Below are positions 42,246-54,818 of a stretch of 64,000 bases of DNA, in pieces. The notes under the pieces were generated by a model. It was given only the letters and a program-made list of their open reading frames with translations. It was not told where the DNA came from and did not search any database. The translations under genes were made by a program, and so were the position numbers. The stretch's first letter is position 1. Each line of letters opens with the position of its first letter. This DNA comes from Candidatus Acidiferrales bacterium (GTDB lineage Bacteria; Acidobacteriota; Terriglobia; Acidiferrales; UBA7541): positions 137,909 through 201,908 of the forward strand of contig CAWBOF010000003.1 in NCBI GenBank assembly GCA_963790355.1, given 5' to 3'.

Positions 42246-43010
42246 CTAGCGTCCCCCCGATGATCGAGGTGCAGGAACATTTGGAATTTCTTCTAGCAGC
42301 GCGCGGATATCGTTTTCGGTTTCTGCCTTGTTCACTATGCCGGCGCGAACCGCCGCGATTTTCCCCCGAGCGTCGACGACGACTGTCTGCGGCATACCGT
42401 CGACACCATATTGCTTTGCCAAGCCCTCGTTTCCGATCACGATGGAATAATTGACTTGCTTCTCCTTGATCCAGGGCTTCACGGACTTCCAGCCATCGTC
42501 GTCCATTGATACGCCGACAACCTTTAGACCTCGCGCACCGTACTTGGATTGAAATTCGACAAACCAGGGAATTTCGACCTGACAACCCTCGCACCAAGTG
42601 GCCCAGAAGTTCACCAAGACAACCTTGCCTCTAAGATCGGAGAGGCGCACATCCTCGCCGTCCGCCCCCTTCAGACTAAAATCCGGAGCGGCTTTGCGAT
42701 CACGCTCAGGAGTCAGAGTTGTCTGCGAGGAATTGGAAGCGAGGCTCTGCCACACGGCCACGGAGCACTCCAGGCATTTATGGGCGAGCACCTGCGGAGA
42801 AGGGAGCGAAATTGCGAACAGGAAAACAACGGCGGCCGTAGCGACCGTCCAGAACCACCTTTTGAAGAACCAGTTTGCCGAACGATGACGCAGCAACTTG
42901 AGCCGTGCCAGCCCTGCGGAGGCGTCGGGTTGCCAATTGTCATCCAGATGGAGCTTGGACATATGCTCGTCGACCCAAAGGCTAAGCTCGGTTGGTTTAT
43001 TCGTGTCCAT
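42246..43010 (-). CDS. TlpA/redoxin-family thioredoxin with N-terminal cytoplasmic segment and TM helix (candidate anti-sigma)
   Basis: APDFSL, LSDLRGKVVLVNFWATWCEGC..EIP; N-terminal WQPD...GLARL then a TM; overlaps the end of the ECF gene. Confidence 0.8.
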   Translation of the reverse strand: MDTNKPTELSLWVDEHMSKLHLDDNWQPDASAGLARLKLLRHRSANWFFKRWFWTVATAAVVFLFAISLPSPQVLAHKCLECSVAVWQSLASNSSQTTLTPERDRKAAPDFSLKGADGEDVRLSDLRGKVVLVNFWATWCEGCQVEIPWFVEFQSKYGARGLKVVGVSMDDDGWKSVKPWIKEKQVNYSIVIGNEGLAKQYGVDGMPQTVVVDARGKIAAVRAGIVNKAETENDIRALLEEIPNVPAPRSSGGR

Positions 43011-43542
43011 AGCGGCGGCAATACTCCTTTCGGAAGGCTTGCTGCGCACGTGCGAGAAGAGTTCCCACGGAGGTCGCGTTCAGATCGAGGATGGAAGCGA
43101 TCTCGTCGTAACGGAATCCATGGCTTCGCAGAAGCAGAAACTCTGCCTGGCGGTGCTCCATGCGAGCCAGGATCGAGCGGACCCGTTCTTGCTGCTCAGT
43201 GGCGCGATGGATTTGCTCCGGGGTAGCCGGAGCGGAGTCGGCATGCAGCAAGCCAAAAATGGATTCGTAGCGGGCACGCCGGGCGCGGCTGCGAAGTTCG
43301 TCGAGCGCGGTGCGGACGGCGACGCGATAGAGCCACCCTTCCACCTTTTCTGCCTGAGCCTGCCGACTGCGCCACAGTTTGAGGAATACGTCGACGGCCA
43401 GTTCCTGCGCCCGAGCGCGGTCTCGGACAACACGCGCAATGATGCGAGCAACACGTGCGTAGTGTTCGCGAAATACGGATTCGATGGGAAGTGGAGCTTC
43501 CTGAGTGTCCCTTTTCGAAATGACTTCGGTTACCGAGCTCAC
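42997..43542 (-). CDS. ECF-family RNA polymerase sigma factor
   Basis: F.EHY..V, AQELAVDVFLKLW, GWLYRVAVR.ALD..R (region 2); LLLR..G..Y.EIA..L......VGTLLARA (region 4). Confidence 0.92.
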   Translation of the reverse strand: MSSVTEVISKRDTQEAPLPIESVFREHYARVARIIARVVRDRARAQELAVDVFLKLWRSRQAQAEKVEGWLYRVAVRTALDELRSRARRARYESIFGLLHADSAPATPEQIHRATEQQERVRSILARMEHRQAEFLLLRSHGFRYDEIASILDLNATSVGTLLARAQQAFRKEYCRRYGHE

Positions 43543-43551
43543 AGTATAGAA

Positions 43552-43578
43552 AACGACGGCCGAGTAAACTTTGTGACA
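43552..43578 (-). promoter_or_regulatory. Putative ECF-type autoregulatory promoter TGTCACA-N16-CGTT
   Basis: Minus strand reads TGTCACA-aagtttactcggccgt-CGTT, ending 9 nt before the GTG start; resembles the TGTCACA-N16-CGTC motif known for ECF41-type factors. Confidence 0.55.
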
Positions 43579-43790
43579 GAAAAATACTACACCCCGAAGG
43601 GAATCCCGGTCGATCCGCCCGGCGTAACATCAATTTAAGTGGCGGCGGCCGCGTGAAATCGATTGATTGTGGGCCCTTACCAAGTTGGCTCGTAGCTGAC
43701 TGCATATGGTGCAGCTAGGAAAAAGCGATTCTTTGACACCATCTCCAAATCTCAATATCCTCGTTGGGCCTGGTTCGGCACTGCGGCGTC

Positions 43791-46016
43791 ATGATTGGTC
43801 AGACTATTTCTCACTACCATATCCTCCACAAACTTGGGGGCGGCGGGATGGGTGTTGTCTATTCCGCGCGGGATACGGTTCTAGACCGTTCCGTGGCGCT
43901 GAAATTCCTGACTGCGGAGGCGCTGCAGGACAAACTGTCCCTGGATCGCTTTCTACGCGAAGCACGCGCCGCCGCTGCATTGAATCACCCAAACATCTGC
44001 ACTGTGCATGAAATCGGGGAAAATGCCGAAGGTGATCCCTTTATCGTGATGGAATTTCTGGAAGGGGAGACGCTGAAGAACCTGATCACCGGCAGGGCGC
44101 TCGGCACAGAGCGGCTGCTGGACATTGCAGCGCAGGTCGCTGATGCACTCGACCACGCGCACGCGCGCGGTATCATCCATCGAGACGTGAAGCCGGCCAA
44201 TATTTTTGTCACGCGATCGGGGCAGGCCAAAGTTCTGGATTTCGGGCTGGCCAAACTTTCGGCGATCCTCGGTGTTTCGCCTGACACTGAGCCGTCGAGC
44301 TCCACAAACAAGAGCACGCCTGTCCGTGACGAGACGCTGACGACGCCAGGAACTTCGATGGGCACCATTGCCTACATGTCGCCGGAGCAGGCGCGAGGCG
44401 AAATACTTGATCCGAGATCCGATTTGTTTTCGTTCGGATCCGTGCTTTACGAGATGTCGACGGGATCGCAACCGTTTCGCGGGCCAACCTCGGCGGTGAT
44501 TTTCAATGCGATTTTCAACCACACCCCCGAGCCCGCAAGCTCGTTGAATATGGAAATTCCGGAAGCCGTCGATTCGATCATTTCTAAGGCTCTCGAAAAA
44601 GACCGGGATTTGCGCTATCAGTCTGCCGCTGAACTACGCGCGGACCTGAAGCGGCTGAAGCGCGACATGGATTCCGGGAAGCGCAATTTGTCTGGGCGAA
44701 CGGCTTCCTATGTTGTGCCCGCAGGCGCGTCGGCGGAGCGCGGGCAAAATTCCGTAGCGGTACTTTATTTTGAGAATCTTAGCAGTGCGAAGGAAGATGA
44801 ATACCTGCGCGACGGCATGACCGAAGACATCATCACCGAACTTGCGAACATCAAAAATCTGAAAGTCTTTCCTCGGCCGGCGTTGCTGCCTTATCGAGAC
44901 AAGCCGGTCACCGCGCCTCAGGTGGGCCGCGAGCTGAATGCTTCCTACGTACTCGCCGGCAGTCTTCGACGATCCGGCAACCGGTTGCGGATCACTGCAC
45001 AGTTGGTGGAAACGCGCACCGGGCACGCGCTTTGGGCACAGCGTTTCGATCGCGAAATGGACGATGTTTTCGAGGTGCAGGACGAAATCGCACGCAGCAT
45101 CGCACAAACCTTCCGCATCAATCTTTCGCCGCAGGAAGAACAAAAGATCGCCACTAAGCCCACGCAAAATTCGGTGGCCTATGATTATTACCTGCGAGGG
45201 CGGAGTTACGCGCGGCGCGAGAGTCTGGAGTTCGCGCTACAGATGTACGAGCAAGCCATCAAGCTTGATCCGAATTTCGCGCTTGCACATGCCGGGATTG
45301 CCTACATTTGCGGAATCATTCACGAAATTCGCGAGCACAATCCAAAATGGGTGGAGCGGGGCGATGCGGCGTGCAACAAAGCACTGCAGCTCGATCCGAA
45401 TTTGGCGGAAGCGCTAGTAGCTCGCGCACGAATTTCCTACTCGCAACGCGAACACGACCAAGCCATCGAATTCGCTAAGCGGGCGATCGCCCTGAAGCCC
45501 GATTGTGAAGGAGTTTACAACGTGCTGGGCCGCGTGTATTTCGCTTCGGGCCGCTTTCAGGAGGCGGCGGAACTGACGGAGAAAGCCATCGAGGCGAATG
45601 GGGACGACTACAACGTTTTCATTCCCATTGTGAACGCCTTGGAGCGGCTTGGCCGTACCGAGGAACTCAAGCGCTATCGCCAAATGGAAATGCGCGCGCT
45701 CGAACGGCAGCTCGAACTTGTCCCGGAGGATGTACGCGCGCGAAGCCTGCTGGCCGCGGATTACGCGAATATGGGGCGCGCGGAGGATGCGGTGCGGCAC
45801 CTGGAGATGACGGTTGCACTGCGCCCGAACGATTCCAACGTGCTCTACAATGCCGCTTGTACGTACACCGTGCTCGGGAAGAAAACAGAAGCCCTTGATC
45901 TGCTCCGGCGCGCCCTTGCGTCTGGATACTCGAATTTTGATTGGCCGCGGCAAGATCCGGACCTCAGCTCGCTTCATGCCGATCCGGAGTTTCTGAAGTT
46001 GTTCCCACCGAAATAA
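43791..46016 (+). CDS. Hanks-type Ser/Thr protein kinase with TolB-N-like domain and TPR repeats
   Basis: [40 protein letters not shown]; [11 protein letters not shown]; TPRs; C-terminal YNAAC...DPDL. Confidence 0.93.
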   Translation: MIGQTISHYHILHKLGGGGMGVVYSARDTVLDRSVALKFLTAEALQDKLSLDRFLREARAAAALNHPNICTVHEIGENAEGDPFIVMEFLEGETLKNLITGRALGTERLLDIAAQVADALDHAHARGIIHRDVKPANIFVTRSGQAKVLDFGLAKLSAILGVSPDTEPSSSTNKSTPVRDETLTTPGTSMGTIAYMSPEQARGEILDPRSDLFSFGSVLYEMSTGSQPFRGPTSAVIFNAIFNHTPEPASSLNMEIPEAVDSIISKALEKDRDLRYQSAAELRADLKRLKRDMDSGKRNLSGRTASYVVPAGASAERGQNSVAVLYFENLSSAKEDEYLRDGMTEDIITELANIKNLKVFPRPALLPYRDKPVTAPQVGRELNASYVLAGSLRRSGNRLRITAQLVETRTGHALWAQRFDREMDDVFEVQDEIARSIAQTFRINLSPQEEQKIATKPTQNSVAYDYYLRGRSYARRESLEFALQMYEQAIKLDPNFALAHAGIAYICGIIHEIREHNPKWVERGDAACNKALQLDPNLAEALVARARISYSQREHDQAIEFAKRAIALKPDCEGVYNVLGRVYFASGRFQEAAELTEKAIEANGDDYNVFIPIVNALERLGRTEELKRYRQMEMRALERQLELVPEDVRARSLLAADYANMGRAEDAVRHLEMTVALRPNDSNVLYNAACTYTVLGKKTEALDLLRRALASGYSNFDWPRQDPDLSSLHADPEFLKLFPPK

Positions 46017-46173
46017 GGTTGCCGTGCTCGAGAAACCGTTGTGACGCGGGGCACTGTCGCCCGTCGCGCGACGCGTTATGCTATTTGTGTGGCCGTTTCG
46101 ACGTAAAAGGCCTCGTTGATTCGCTCCGCTGACCTTCGCTCCTGCCGATCTTGGCCACTGCTCGCATCTGGCA

Positions 46174-47775
46174 ATGAGCACGGTGGCCCAATCCGAAACA
46201 CTGATCGCCACGGACTTTACCCGTCCCGGGGTGAATCCTTGGGTGATCGCGTTTACGGTGATGTTGGCTACGTTTATGGAGGTGCTGGACACCAGCATCG
46301 CCAACGTAGCCCTCCCGCACATTGCCGGTAGCCTTTCCGCTGGAGTCGACGAAAGCACCTGGGTGCTGACGTCCTATCTGGTGTCCAATGCGATCGTGCT
46401 GCCGCTGACGGGATGGTTCTCCAAACTGTTCGGGCGCAAGAGCTTTTACATGTCCTGCGTGCTGGTCTTTATCGTCAGCTCTTTCCTGTGTGGCATGGCG
46501 ACCAGCCTTCCGATGTTGGTGTTTTTCCGGGTGCTTCAAGGCGCGGGAGGAGGAGGCTTGCAGCCGGTCTCCCAAGCGATTCTTGTCGAGAGTTTTCCTC
46601 GTGCGAAACAGGGCATGGCCATGGCGGTATACGGAATGGGAGTGGTGGTCGCGCCTATCGTGGGACCGACGTTGGGCGGCTGGCTCACCGACAATTATTC
46701 CTGGCGCTGGATTTTCTTTATCAACATCCCTGTGGGACTGCTTTCCATTTTCCTGACATCCACCCTTATCCACGACCCGGCACATGTGGCCCGCAGCGGA
46801 AACGGATCGCGAGTGCGCATCGATTACATCGGCCTTGGTCTGCTGAGTGTGGGGCTCGGCTTCTTGCAAGTAGTTCTCGATAAGGGGCAGCGCGACGACT
46901 GGTTCGGATCACATTTCATCGTATGGTGCTCAGTGGCGTGCGCGGTGGGCCTGATCGGCGCAGTGGTGTGGGAACTCCGTCAAAAAGATCCTGTGGTGGA
47001 ATTGCACCTGTTTAAGAACCGCAATTACGCGACCGCTACGTTTCTGATGTTTCTGCTGGGGATTGTCTTGTATGGAAGCACGGTATTGCTGCCGGTGATG
47101 TTGCAGACGCTCGTAGGGTACACAGCGCAACTGAGTGGGCTGGTGCTTTCACCCGGGGCGATTGTGACGTTGGTGTCCCTGCCACTGGTGGGGTGGTTGC
47201 TGGCGCGTTACCACGCGAGGTGGCTGGTGATTTTTGGCTTACTGAGTCTGTCGGTGGGAATGTTTCAGCTTTCCTACATGAATCTGACAACCGGCTTCGG
47301 GACTTTTGTCTACGTGTGGATGATTTCGCGCGGCGGCTTGGCGTTTTTGTTTGTACCGATCAACGTGGTGGCGTTTTCCTTCGTGCCTAAGGAAAAGATG
47401 AACAGCGCGACGGGGCTGATTAATCTGGCGCGGAACATCGGCGGTAGTGTAGGCATTTCCATGGTCACAACGCTGCAAGCGCGATTGGCACAGAAACATC
47501 AGAACGACCTGATCGCAAATCTGACGCCGCTTAATCCGCGTTACCTTGCCGCGCTTCACGGCCTGTCGGCCGGGCTTCAGGAAAAGGGCTCGAGCGCCTG
47601 TACAGCTGCGGAACAAGCTGGCGCGATCCTCTATGGAGAACTCCAGAGGCAGGCCGCGATGCTGGCGTTCATCGATGTGTTCTGGATCCTTGGCGTGGTG
47701 TGCCTGGCGATGATCCCGCTGATGTTCCTGATCAAATCGCCTGGCCAGCAGGGAGAACCCCTGCCCATGCACTGA
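46174..47775 (+). CDS. DHA2 (EmrB/QacA) family MFS efflux permease
   Basis: FMEVLDTSIANVALPHI, WVLTSYL, RVLQGAGGG, GPTLGGWLTDNYSWRWIFFINIPVG, RNIGGS.G. Confidence 0.92.
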   Translation: MSTVAQSETLIATDFTRPGVNPWVIAFTVMLATFMEVLDTSIANVALPHIAGSLSAGVDESTWVLTSYLVSNAIVLPLTGWFSKLFGRKSFYMSCVLVFIVSSFLCGMATSLPMLVFFRVLQGAGGGGLQPVSQAILVESFPRAKQGMAMAVYGMGVVVAPIVGPTLGGWLTDNYSWRWIFFINIPVGLLSIFLTSTLIHDPAHVARSGNGSRVRIDYIGLGLLSVGLGFLQVVLDKGQRDDWFGSHFIVWCSVACAVGLIGAVVWELRQKDPVVELHLFKNRNYATATFLMFLLGIVLYGSTVLLPVMLQTLVGYTAQLSGLVLSPGAIVTLVSLPLVGWLLARYHARWLVIFGLLSLSVGMFQLSYMNLTTGFGTFVYVWMISRGGLAFLFVPINVVAFSFVPKEKMNSATGLINLARNIGGSVGISMVTTLQARLAQKHQNDLIANLTPLNPRYLAALHGLSAGLQEKGSSACTAAEQAGAILYGELQRQAAMLAFIDVFWILGVVCLAMIPLMFLIKSPGQQGEPLPMH

Positions 47776-47795
47776 TTTTGAGCGCCGCCCGTTGG

Positions 47796-49673
47796 TTATT
47801 CCTTATCCGACAAGTAGCAGGGTGAGGAAAGCGCAAAGATGCGCTGATTTCCCTGAGCCAAGAGCGCCCAGGCAAGAAGGCGGCCACGCTGATTGTGCAG
47901 GAAATATTCGTACCAGTGATCCTCGACCAGCTGCGGAATGACAACCACGATGCGCCGCTGCGGATACTTCTCCGATAGTTGAAGGACGTATTGGACTATG
48001 GGAACAATGACCAAGCGGTAAGGCGAAGGAAGAATGGTGAGTTGCGGCGGATCGGCGCCGGCCTCCACGAAGGGTTTTTCGACATAACGCTCCCAATCCT
48101 CGCGAAGCAATTCGGCATGATTTTCCGGTTCAACGTGAATGGCAATGATCTCGTTCGAAATACGGGAGGCGAACTCCAGCGCTTGTTTGGAGACGCGGCT
48201 CCAGCGATCCATGGGAACGACGGCGATGGGTGGAGTTCTGTGCAGGGAAGGCTCAACGGGATCGCTGCAGGTGGTGGCGACGGTGACATTATGATAATGG
48301 CGGCGCACTCGGCGGAAGAGCACGATCAGCATTGGAATGAAGATGACGGTGATCCATGCACCCTGCGTAAACTTCGCCACCAGCACGACCAGTACGGTGA
48401 TGCCAGTGACGAAAGCGCCTAAGCCATTGATCAGCATGCTGCGGACCCAGTCCGGTCCGCGCTTTTTAAACCAGTGCACCACCATCCCAAACTGGGAAAG
48501 CGTGAAGGCCAGGAAAGCGCCGACGGCGTAGAGAGGAATCAAACGGTCGGTTACACCGCCAAAGAGAACAAGCAGCGAGCAAGTCGCTATGGCAAGGATC
48601 ACAATGCCATAGGTGTAGACGAGCCGGCGGCCTCGATAGCCGAAGACGTGAGGCAGATAGTTGTTTAAGGCGATGGCCCGGCAAAGGCGGGGAAAATCGG
48701 CGAAGGCAGTGTTGGCGGAGAGGGAAAGTACGAACAGGATGGATGCGATAGTTACGTAATAAAAAACACCTTTCCCGAAAACAGCGAGCAGCAACATCGA
48801 AAGAATGCTTTGATAGCCGGGCTGGCCTGGGTCGGTGGCAGTAATCTGGTAAGCCTTCACGAGGTAGGAAATCCCGGCGAGGAGCACGGCTAGCACGAAG
48901 ATAATGATCGAGAGCGTTCGCTGAGCATTTTTGACAGCCGGCTCACGAAAGGCTCTTACACCGTTGCTGACGGCCTCGACGCCGGTCAGTGCCGTGCAAC
49001 CGCTGGCAAAAACCTTGAGCAAAAGCCAGAAAGTGACCGCTGTCGTTACTGCACCGGGAGGTGGGATGGTTGCAACCGGAGCGGGATGGCCTCCGCTTAC
49101 CAGCACTCGAACCACGCCCCAAGCGATGGTAATCAGCAAGGTGGCAACAAACAGGTACGTGGGAATCATAAACGCGAGTCCGGCGTCACGGACCCCGCGC
49201 AAATTAAGAATCGTGATCAGCAGAAGAATCCCAACGCACAAAGAGACGGTGTGAGGTTGCAAAGAAGGAAGTGCGGAGACCAGTGCGCCGACTCCGGCGG
49301 ATATGCCAACCGCGGCGGTCAAAATGTAGTCGGTGAGAAGAGCGGCCGCGGCCAGCAAACTCGGAAAGGCTCCGAGATTGGAACGAGCCACGGTGTAGGA
49401 ACCACCACCCATTGGGTAAGCGGCAATGGTCTGCCGGTAGGAAAAAAAGACGATAACGAGAAGAGTGATGATGGCCAGGCTGACAGGAATGATGTACTGA
49501 AGACCGAGGAGCCCCAAGGGAATCAGCAAGCTGAGAGCGGCTTCCGGGCCATACGCGGCGGAACTGAGGGCGTCCAGACCGAAGATGGGAATACCGGCGG
49601 CGACACCGATTTGTTCGGCGCGTTCGTCACTGGTTTTCAGCGGTTTGCCAACAATCAGATCGATAAGGTTCAT
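47796..49673 (-). CDS. APC-family permease (YdaO/KimA-like, possible K+ transporter)
   Basis: DALSSAAYGPE, SYRQTI.AYP.GGGSY, DYILT.AV, GCTALTGVEAVSNGV, LIPLYAVG.F..FTLSQ.GM, SPYR, LHNQ. Confidence 0.85.
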   Translation of the reverse strand: MNLIDLIVGKPLKTSDERAEQIGVAAGIPIFGLDALSSAAYGPEAALSLLIPLGLLGLQYIIPVSLAIITLLVIVFFSYRQTIAAYPMGGGSYTVARSNLGAFPSLLAAAALLTDYILTAAVGISAGVGALVSALPSLQPHTVSLCVGILLLITILNLRGVRDAGLAFMIPTYLFVATLLITIAWGVVRVLVSGGHPAPVATIPPPGAVTTAVTFWLLLKVFASGCTALTGVEAVSNGVRAFREPAVKNAQRTLSIIIFVLAVLLAGISYLVKAYQITATDPGQPGYQSILSMLLLAVFGKGVFYYVTIASILFVLSLSANTAFADFPRLCRAIALNNYLPHVFGYRGRRLVYTYGIVILAIATCSLLVLFGGVTDRLIPLYAVGAFLAFTLSQFGMVVHWFKKRGPDWVRSMLINGLGAFVTGITVLVVLVAKFTQGAWITVIFIPMLIVLFRRVRRHYHNVTVATTCSDPVEPSLHRTPPIAVVPMDRWSRVSKQALEFASRISNEIIAIHVEPENHAELLREDWERYVEKPFVEAGADPPQLTILPSPYRLVIVPIVQYVLQLSEKYPQRRIVVVIPQLVEDHWYEYFLHNQRGRLLAWALLAQGNQRIFALSSPCYLSDKE

Positions 49674-49854
49674 TGGGGTCCTGTTCAGCAGGAAATTCGT
49701 GAGCGTTCTATTTGCAACAAATTCCCCGGCAAAGTCAACACATTGAAACGTGACCTTCAAGTTGTCGTTCCACGTGCCGAATGCCATAATTCCCCTTCAC
49801 AATCGCCGCGCGCGGCTTTGCTTGAGTTGCGCACGAGTCATTTTCCGGAGGTGA

Positions 49855-51279
<1,425 letters not shown>

Positions 51280-51338
51280 ATTGGTAAGGTTGATTCCCTC
51301 TGAGAGCGGGGGTTTGCACGGGTCGCTGGGGAGCGCGG

Positions 51339-51366
51339 TGATCCGTTCCGCTTCAGGAGCGGATCA
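51339..51366. terminator. Hairpin between convergent thiC and carboxyltransferase genes
   Basis: TGATCCGTTCC-gcttca-GGAGCGGATCA inverted repeat; no clear U-tract on either strand. Confidence 0.4.
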
Positions 51367-51499
51367 AAGGCAGGGCTGTTACGTAACTGAAACGTGATTC
51401 TTTCGGTGTCGTCCACAAACGTGGCCATAGTTTCCTTATATTTCATCCGGGACTGTTAAATAGCAGAATCGGGATTTATCCACGCGTCGCGGAAAATGG

Positions 51500-53089
51500 T
51501 CAGAGTGGAATGTTGCCGTGCTTCTTCTTGGGGTTAGTGTCGCGCTTGTTTTCCAGCGCCCGCAAAGATGTGATGACAAGCTTGCGAGTATCTGCAGGCT
51601 CAATCACACCATCAAGGTACCCACGCTCGGCAGCGACGAACGGATTCGCAAACCGGCTGCGAAATTCGGCAATTTTCTCCTGGCGCAACTTGCCGCGCTC
51701 GCTGGCCGGAGCAGCATTCAACTCGCGCTTGTACACAATGTCCACTGCGCCTTCCGGCCCCATAACCGCAATTTCTGCCGTAGGCCAGGCGTAATTCGCA
51801 TCGGTGCGAATATGTTTGGACGCCATGACGCAGTAGGACCCACCGTAAGCCTTCCTCGTAATCACCGTGATTTTCGGTACCGTGGCTTCGGCAAACGCAA
51901 ACAGCAATTTCGCCCCGTGCTTGATGATTCCGCCATACTCCTGCTGCGTGCCGGGCAAAAATCCAGGCACATCTTCAAACGTGATCAGCGGAATGTTGAA
52001 CGCATCGCAAAATCGCACAAACCGGGCCCCTTTCACCGAAGCATTAATGTCCAGCGTACCGGCCAGAAACGCGGGTTGGTTCGCCACAATCCCGACCGGC
52101 CGGCCATCCAGCCGTGCAAAACCCACAACAATATTCTTCGCGAAATGCTCATGAACCTCGAAGAAGTAATGCTCGTCGACAATGGCGTGAATCACATCCT
52201 TGATGTCGTAGGGCTTCTGCGGATCTTCGGGCACAATGCTGTTCAGCGATTCTTCCTGCCGGTCAATGGGATCGTGGCTGGCGCGTCGCGGCGGATCCTC
52301 AAGGTTGTTCGAGGGCAGAAAGCTGAACAGTTCCCGAATCATTGCGCAGCAGTCTGCATCGTCGCGGGAAATGAAGTGCGCTACGCCGCTGGTAGCGTTG
52401 TGCGTCATGGCCCCGCCGAGTTCCTGCTTCGTCACCTCCTCGTGCGTCACGTTCTTGATGACGTCTGGCCCGGTGACGAACATGTAGGAAGTGTCTCGCG
52501 TCATCAGGATGAAATCGGTGATAGCCGGCGAGTACACGGCCCCGCCGGCGCAAGGTCCAAGGATCGCGCTGATCTGTGGAATCACCCCGCTCGCCAGAGT
52601 GTTCCGTAAAAAAATATCCGCGTATCCTGCAAGGGAAGCTACGCCTTCCTGGATGCGCGCCCCGCCAGAATCGTTCAGCCCGATCACCGGAGCGCCATTG
52701 CGCATCGCCAGGTCCATAATTTTGCAAATCTTCAGTGCATTCGTCTCCGACAGAGAGCCGCCGAAAACCGTAAAGTCTTGTGCAAACACATACACGAGCC
52801 GGCCATCGATGCGCCCGAAGCCTGTGACGAACCCGTCCCCTGTCGGCCGATTTTCCTCGGATCCAAAATCCACGCAGCGGTGCCGCACAAACTTATCCAG
52901 CTCTTCGAATGTCCCTTCATCGAGCAAAATATGGATGCGTTCGCGCGCCGAAAGTTTCCCCGCCTGGTGTTCCCGTGCCCGACGCTCCGCCCCACCGCCC
53001 GCCTCCGCTTCTTCAGACATGCGCCGCAACTGGTCCATGCGATCGGTGTTGAGCGACGATTCCCAGGTAACGTGATTCTTCTCAGGCAA
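51500..53089 (-). CDS. pccB: Acyl-CoA carboxylase carboxyltransferase (propionyl-CoA carboxylase beta-like)
   Basis: [70 protein letters not shown]; probable TTG start after GGAGG. Confidence 0.9.
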   Translation of the reverse strand: MPEKNHVTWESSLNTDRMDQLRRMSEEAEAGGGAERRAREHQAGKLSARERIHILLDEGTFEELDKFVRHRCVDFGSEENRPTGDGFVTGFGRIDGRLVYVFAQDFTVFGGSLSETNALKICKIMDLAMRNGAPVIGLNDSGGARIQEGVASLAGYADIFLRNTLASGVIPQISAILGPCAGGAVYSPAITDFILMTRDTSYMFVTGPDVIKNVTHEEVTKQELGGAMTHNATSGVAHFISRDDADCCAMIRELFSFLPSNNLEDPPRRASHDPIDRQEESLNSIVPEDPQKPYDIKDVIHAIVDEHYFFEVHEHFAKNIVVGFARLDGRPVGIVANQPAFLAGTLDINASVKGARFVRFCDAFNIPLITFEDVPGFLPGTQQEYGGIIKHGAKLLFAFAEATVPKITVITRKAYGGSYCVMASKHIRTDANYAWPTAEIAVMGPEGAVDIVYKRELNAAPASERGKLRQEKIAEFRSRFANPFVAAERGYLDGVIEPADTRKLVITSLRALENKRDTNPKKKHGNIPL

Positions 53090-53333
53090 GACGGCCTCCG
53101 TCGAAAGGTGACTTCGGAGCGAAAATAAGCACAGCAAGATGCGTTGCCAGCCAGACCGTGCCCAGCAAAAGCACCACACCAAGTAACAGCTCCGCGGCAA
53201 TGGCGCCGGCACGTTGCAAGGGCGATTCGATGGCAGTCACGTAGTGCGTGGCACGCACGAGAATGACCATCGAACTGAGCGTCATGGCCACGATCAGAAT
53301 TGCCGTGAGAATGGACAAAAACACATGTTTCAT
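53082..53333 (-). CDS. Small hypothetical membrane protein (2 TM)
   Basis: 83-aa ORF with two hydrophobic helices, co-directional with and overlapping the next gene start. Confidence 0.6.
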   Translation of the reverse strand: MKHVFLSILTAILIVAMTLSSMVILVRATHYVTAIESPLQRAGAIAAELLLGVVLLLGTVWLATHLAVLIFAPKSPFDGGRLA

Positions 53334-53455
53334 GGATGCGATCGCACAGTTCTGGGGCTGCAGCCAAAGGATAGCGCAATCAGAAGCAAAGCGGTATGCG
53401 GGGGCGAACCGGATCGCGTCGCCGGAAGCCAGCTAGGAAAGCCGCGAAAAGCGCT

Positions 53456-53977
53456 TCAGCGCAGCCCGGACCAATCGTCTGCCACGAGGATGGAATCGCT
53501 GGGATTCGCGGGATCGTACTTCACGCTGGCTTGTTGCCCGGCCATCAGCCGGTCAAACCGCACCTGGCTTTCCAGTCCCGTAATGTCCTGCGCGGTATGG
53601 TAAGTAACCCCGGAAATCGAATAGCTGTACGAAACCATGCAGCGCGGACGCATATCCGGCAGCGGCCGCGACCGCGAACTCAAGAAGTTGCGGTTTGCCT
53701 GCGCAGGCGTGGCTGGGTGCTCGCTGAGCTCCACCACCTGGCCCTCTGCGATCCTGCCAATATGATTCAAATGAAGCCGGCGTTTGCGCTCCGCTTCTTC
53801 TGGATCGACGTTTGGGCGCATAAACGCGAACACCACCAACGCGATCGCCAGAATAGCTCCTGCACCTACAGCAACCATCATCTTCCAATCGGCGAGCACT
53901 TCTTTCAACGCACTACCTCTTGCGAAAACAAACGTGGATTGAATTTGGGATCGGGAAGGGACTACCGGTTCCCCCAC
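53456..53977 (-). CDS. DUF3592-like membrane-anchored protein
   Basis: TM helix, G...EG.V, VSYSY.ISGVTY, V.YDP.NPS.S; true start probably downstream of the ORF start. Confidence 0.65.
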   Translation of the reverse strand: MGEPVVPSRSQIQSTFVFARGSALKEVLADWKMMVAVGAGAILAIALVVFAFMRPNVDPEEAERKRRLHLNHIGRIAEGQVVELSEHPATPAQANRNFLSSRSRPLPDMRPRCMVSYSYSISGVTYHTAQDITGLESQVRFDRLMAGQQASVKYDPANPSDSILVADDWSGLR

Positions 53978-53988
53978 GAAGGGATAGT

Positions 53989-54804
53989 TTACCCAAACAG
54001 AGTGGCCGGCGCGACGCTGACGCCAAGGCCATGCACTGGATTACGCAACACCCCTATTCCGGCCACCGACACCTCCACCGTGTCGTTTACCAGCAGGGGT
54101 CCCACCCCGGCGGGCGTTCCGGTAGCGATCAAATCTCCCGGCATAAGCGTCATGATGCGCGAGATGTGGCGAATCAGGGATGCGACCGGATAAGTCATCA
54201 GTGTCGTGCTGCCGGATTGCCGCGTCTGGCCGTTCACACGGCATTCGACCAGCGCATTGGTAGGATCAAGCTGCGTTTCGAGATGCGGTCCAACTGGGCA
54301 GAAGGTGTCAAATCCCTTGGCGCGCGTAAATTGCACATCGGCCTTTTGCAGATCGCGAGCAGTAACGTCGTTGACGCACGTATAGCCGAGCACAAACGAG
54401 AGCGGGTCCGCTTCGTCGGTCAGATGCGAACATTTCTTGCCAATCAGCACGCCCAATTCGCCTTCATGCTCGACGCGCTTTGAAGCCTTTGGTAGCTCGA
54501 TAGCTTCTTCCGGCCCGATGATCGAGGAAGGAGGCTTAAGGAACAGTAGCGGCTCTTTCGGCATTTCGTTGCCAAGCTCCGCAGCATGCGCCGCGTAATT
54601 CCGCCCCACACACACAATCTTCGAAGGCTCGCAAGGTGCCAGCATCCGCACATTTTTCAAATCCCAGAGCGTATGGCCTTCCACCCAGCCGCTCCATGGC
54701 AGCCCGGTGATTTCGCGCACGGCATCGGCATCCAAAAGCCCATAGACGGGCACGTGCGTGCGTCCCGCCGGGGTTGAAAGCGGCAAAAACCGGCAAAATT
54801 TCAT
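53989..54804 (-). CDS. Fumarylacetoacetate hydrolase family protein
   Basis: KIVCVGRNY..HA.E, EPLLFLKP, EHEGELG, NDVTARDLQ, RAKGFDTFCP.GP, PGD.IATGTPAGVG. Confidence 0.92.
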   Translation of the reverse strand: MKFCRFLPLSTPAGRTHVPVYGLLDADAVREITGLPWSGWVEGHTLWDLKNVRMLAPCEPSKIVCVGRNYAAHAAELGNEMPKEPLLFLKPPSSIIGPEEAIELPKASKRVEHEGELGVLIGKKCSHLTDEADPLSFVLGYTCVNDVTARDLQKADVQFTRAKGFDTFCPVGPHLETQLDPTNALVECRVNGQTRQSGSTTLMTYPVASLIRHISRIMTLMPGDLIATGTPAGVGPLLVNDTVEVSVAGIGVLRNPVHGLGVSVAPATLFG

Positions 54805-54818
54805 GCGACGGAACTCGC

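Noticed and set aside
51280-51370. TPP riboswitch downstream of thiC (contains CTGAGA)
   Set aside because: The other conserved TPP elements are absent and the position is 3' of the gene; only a simple hairpin is supported.
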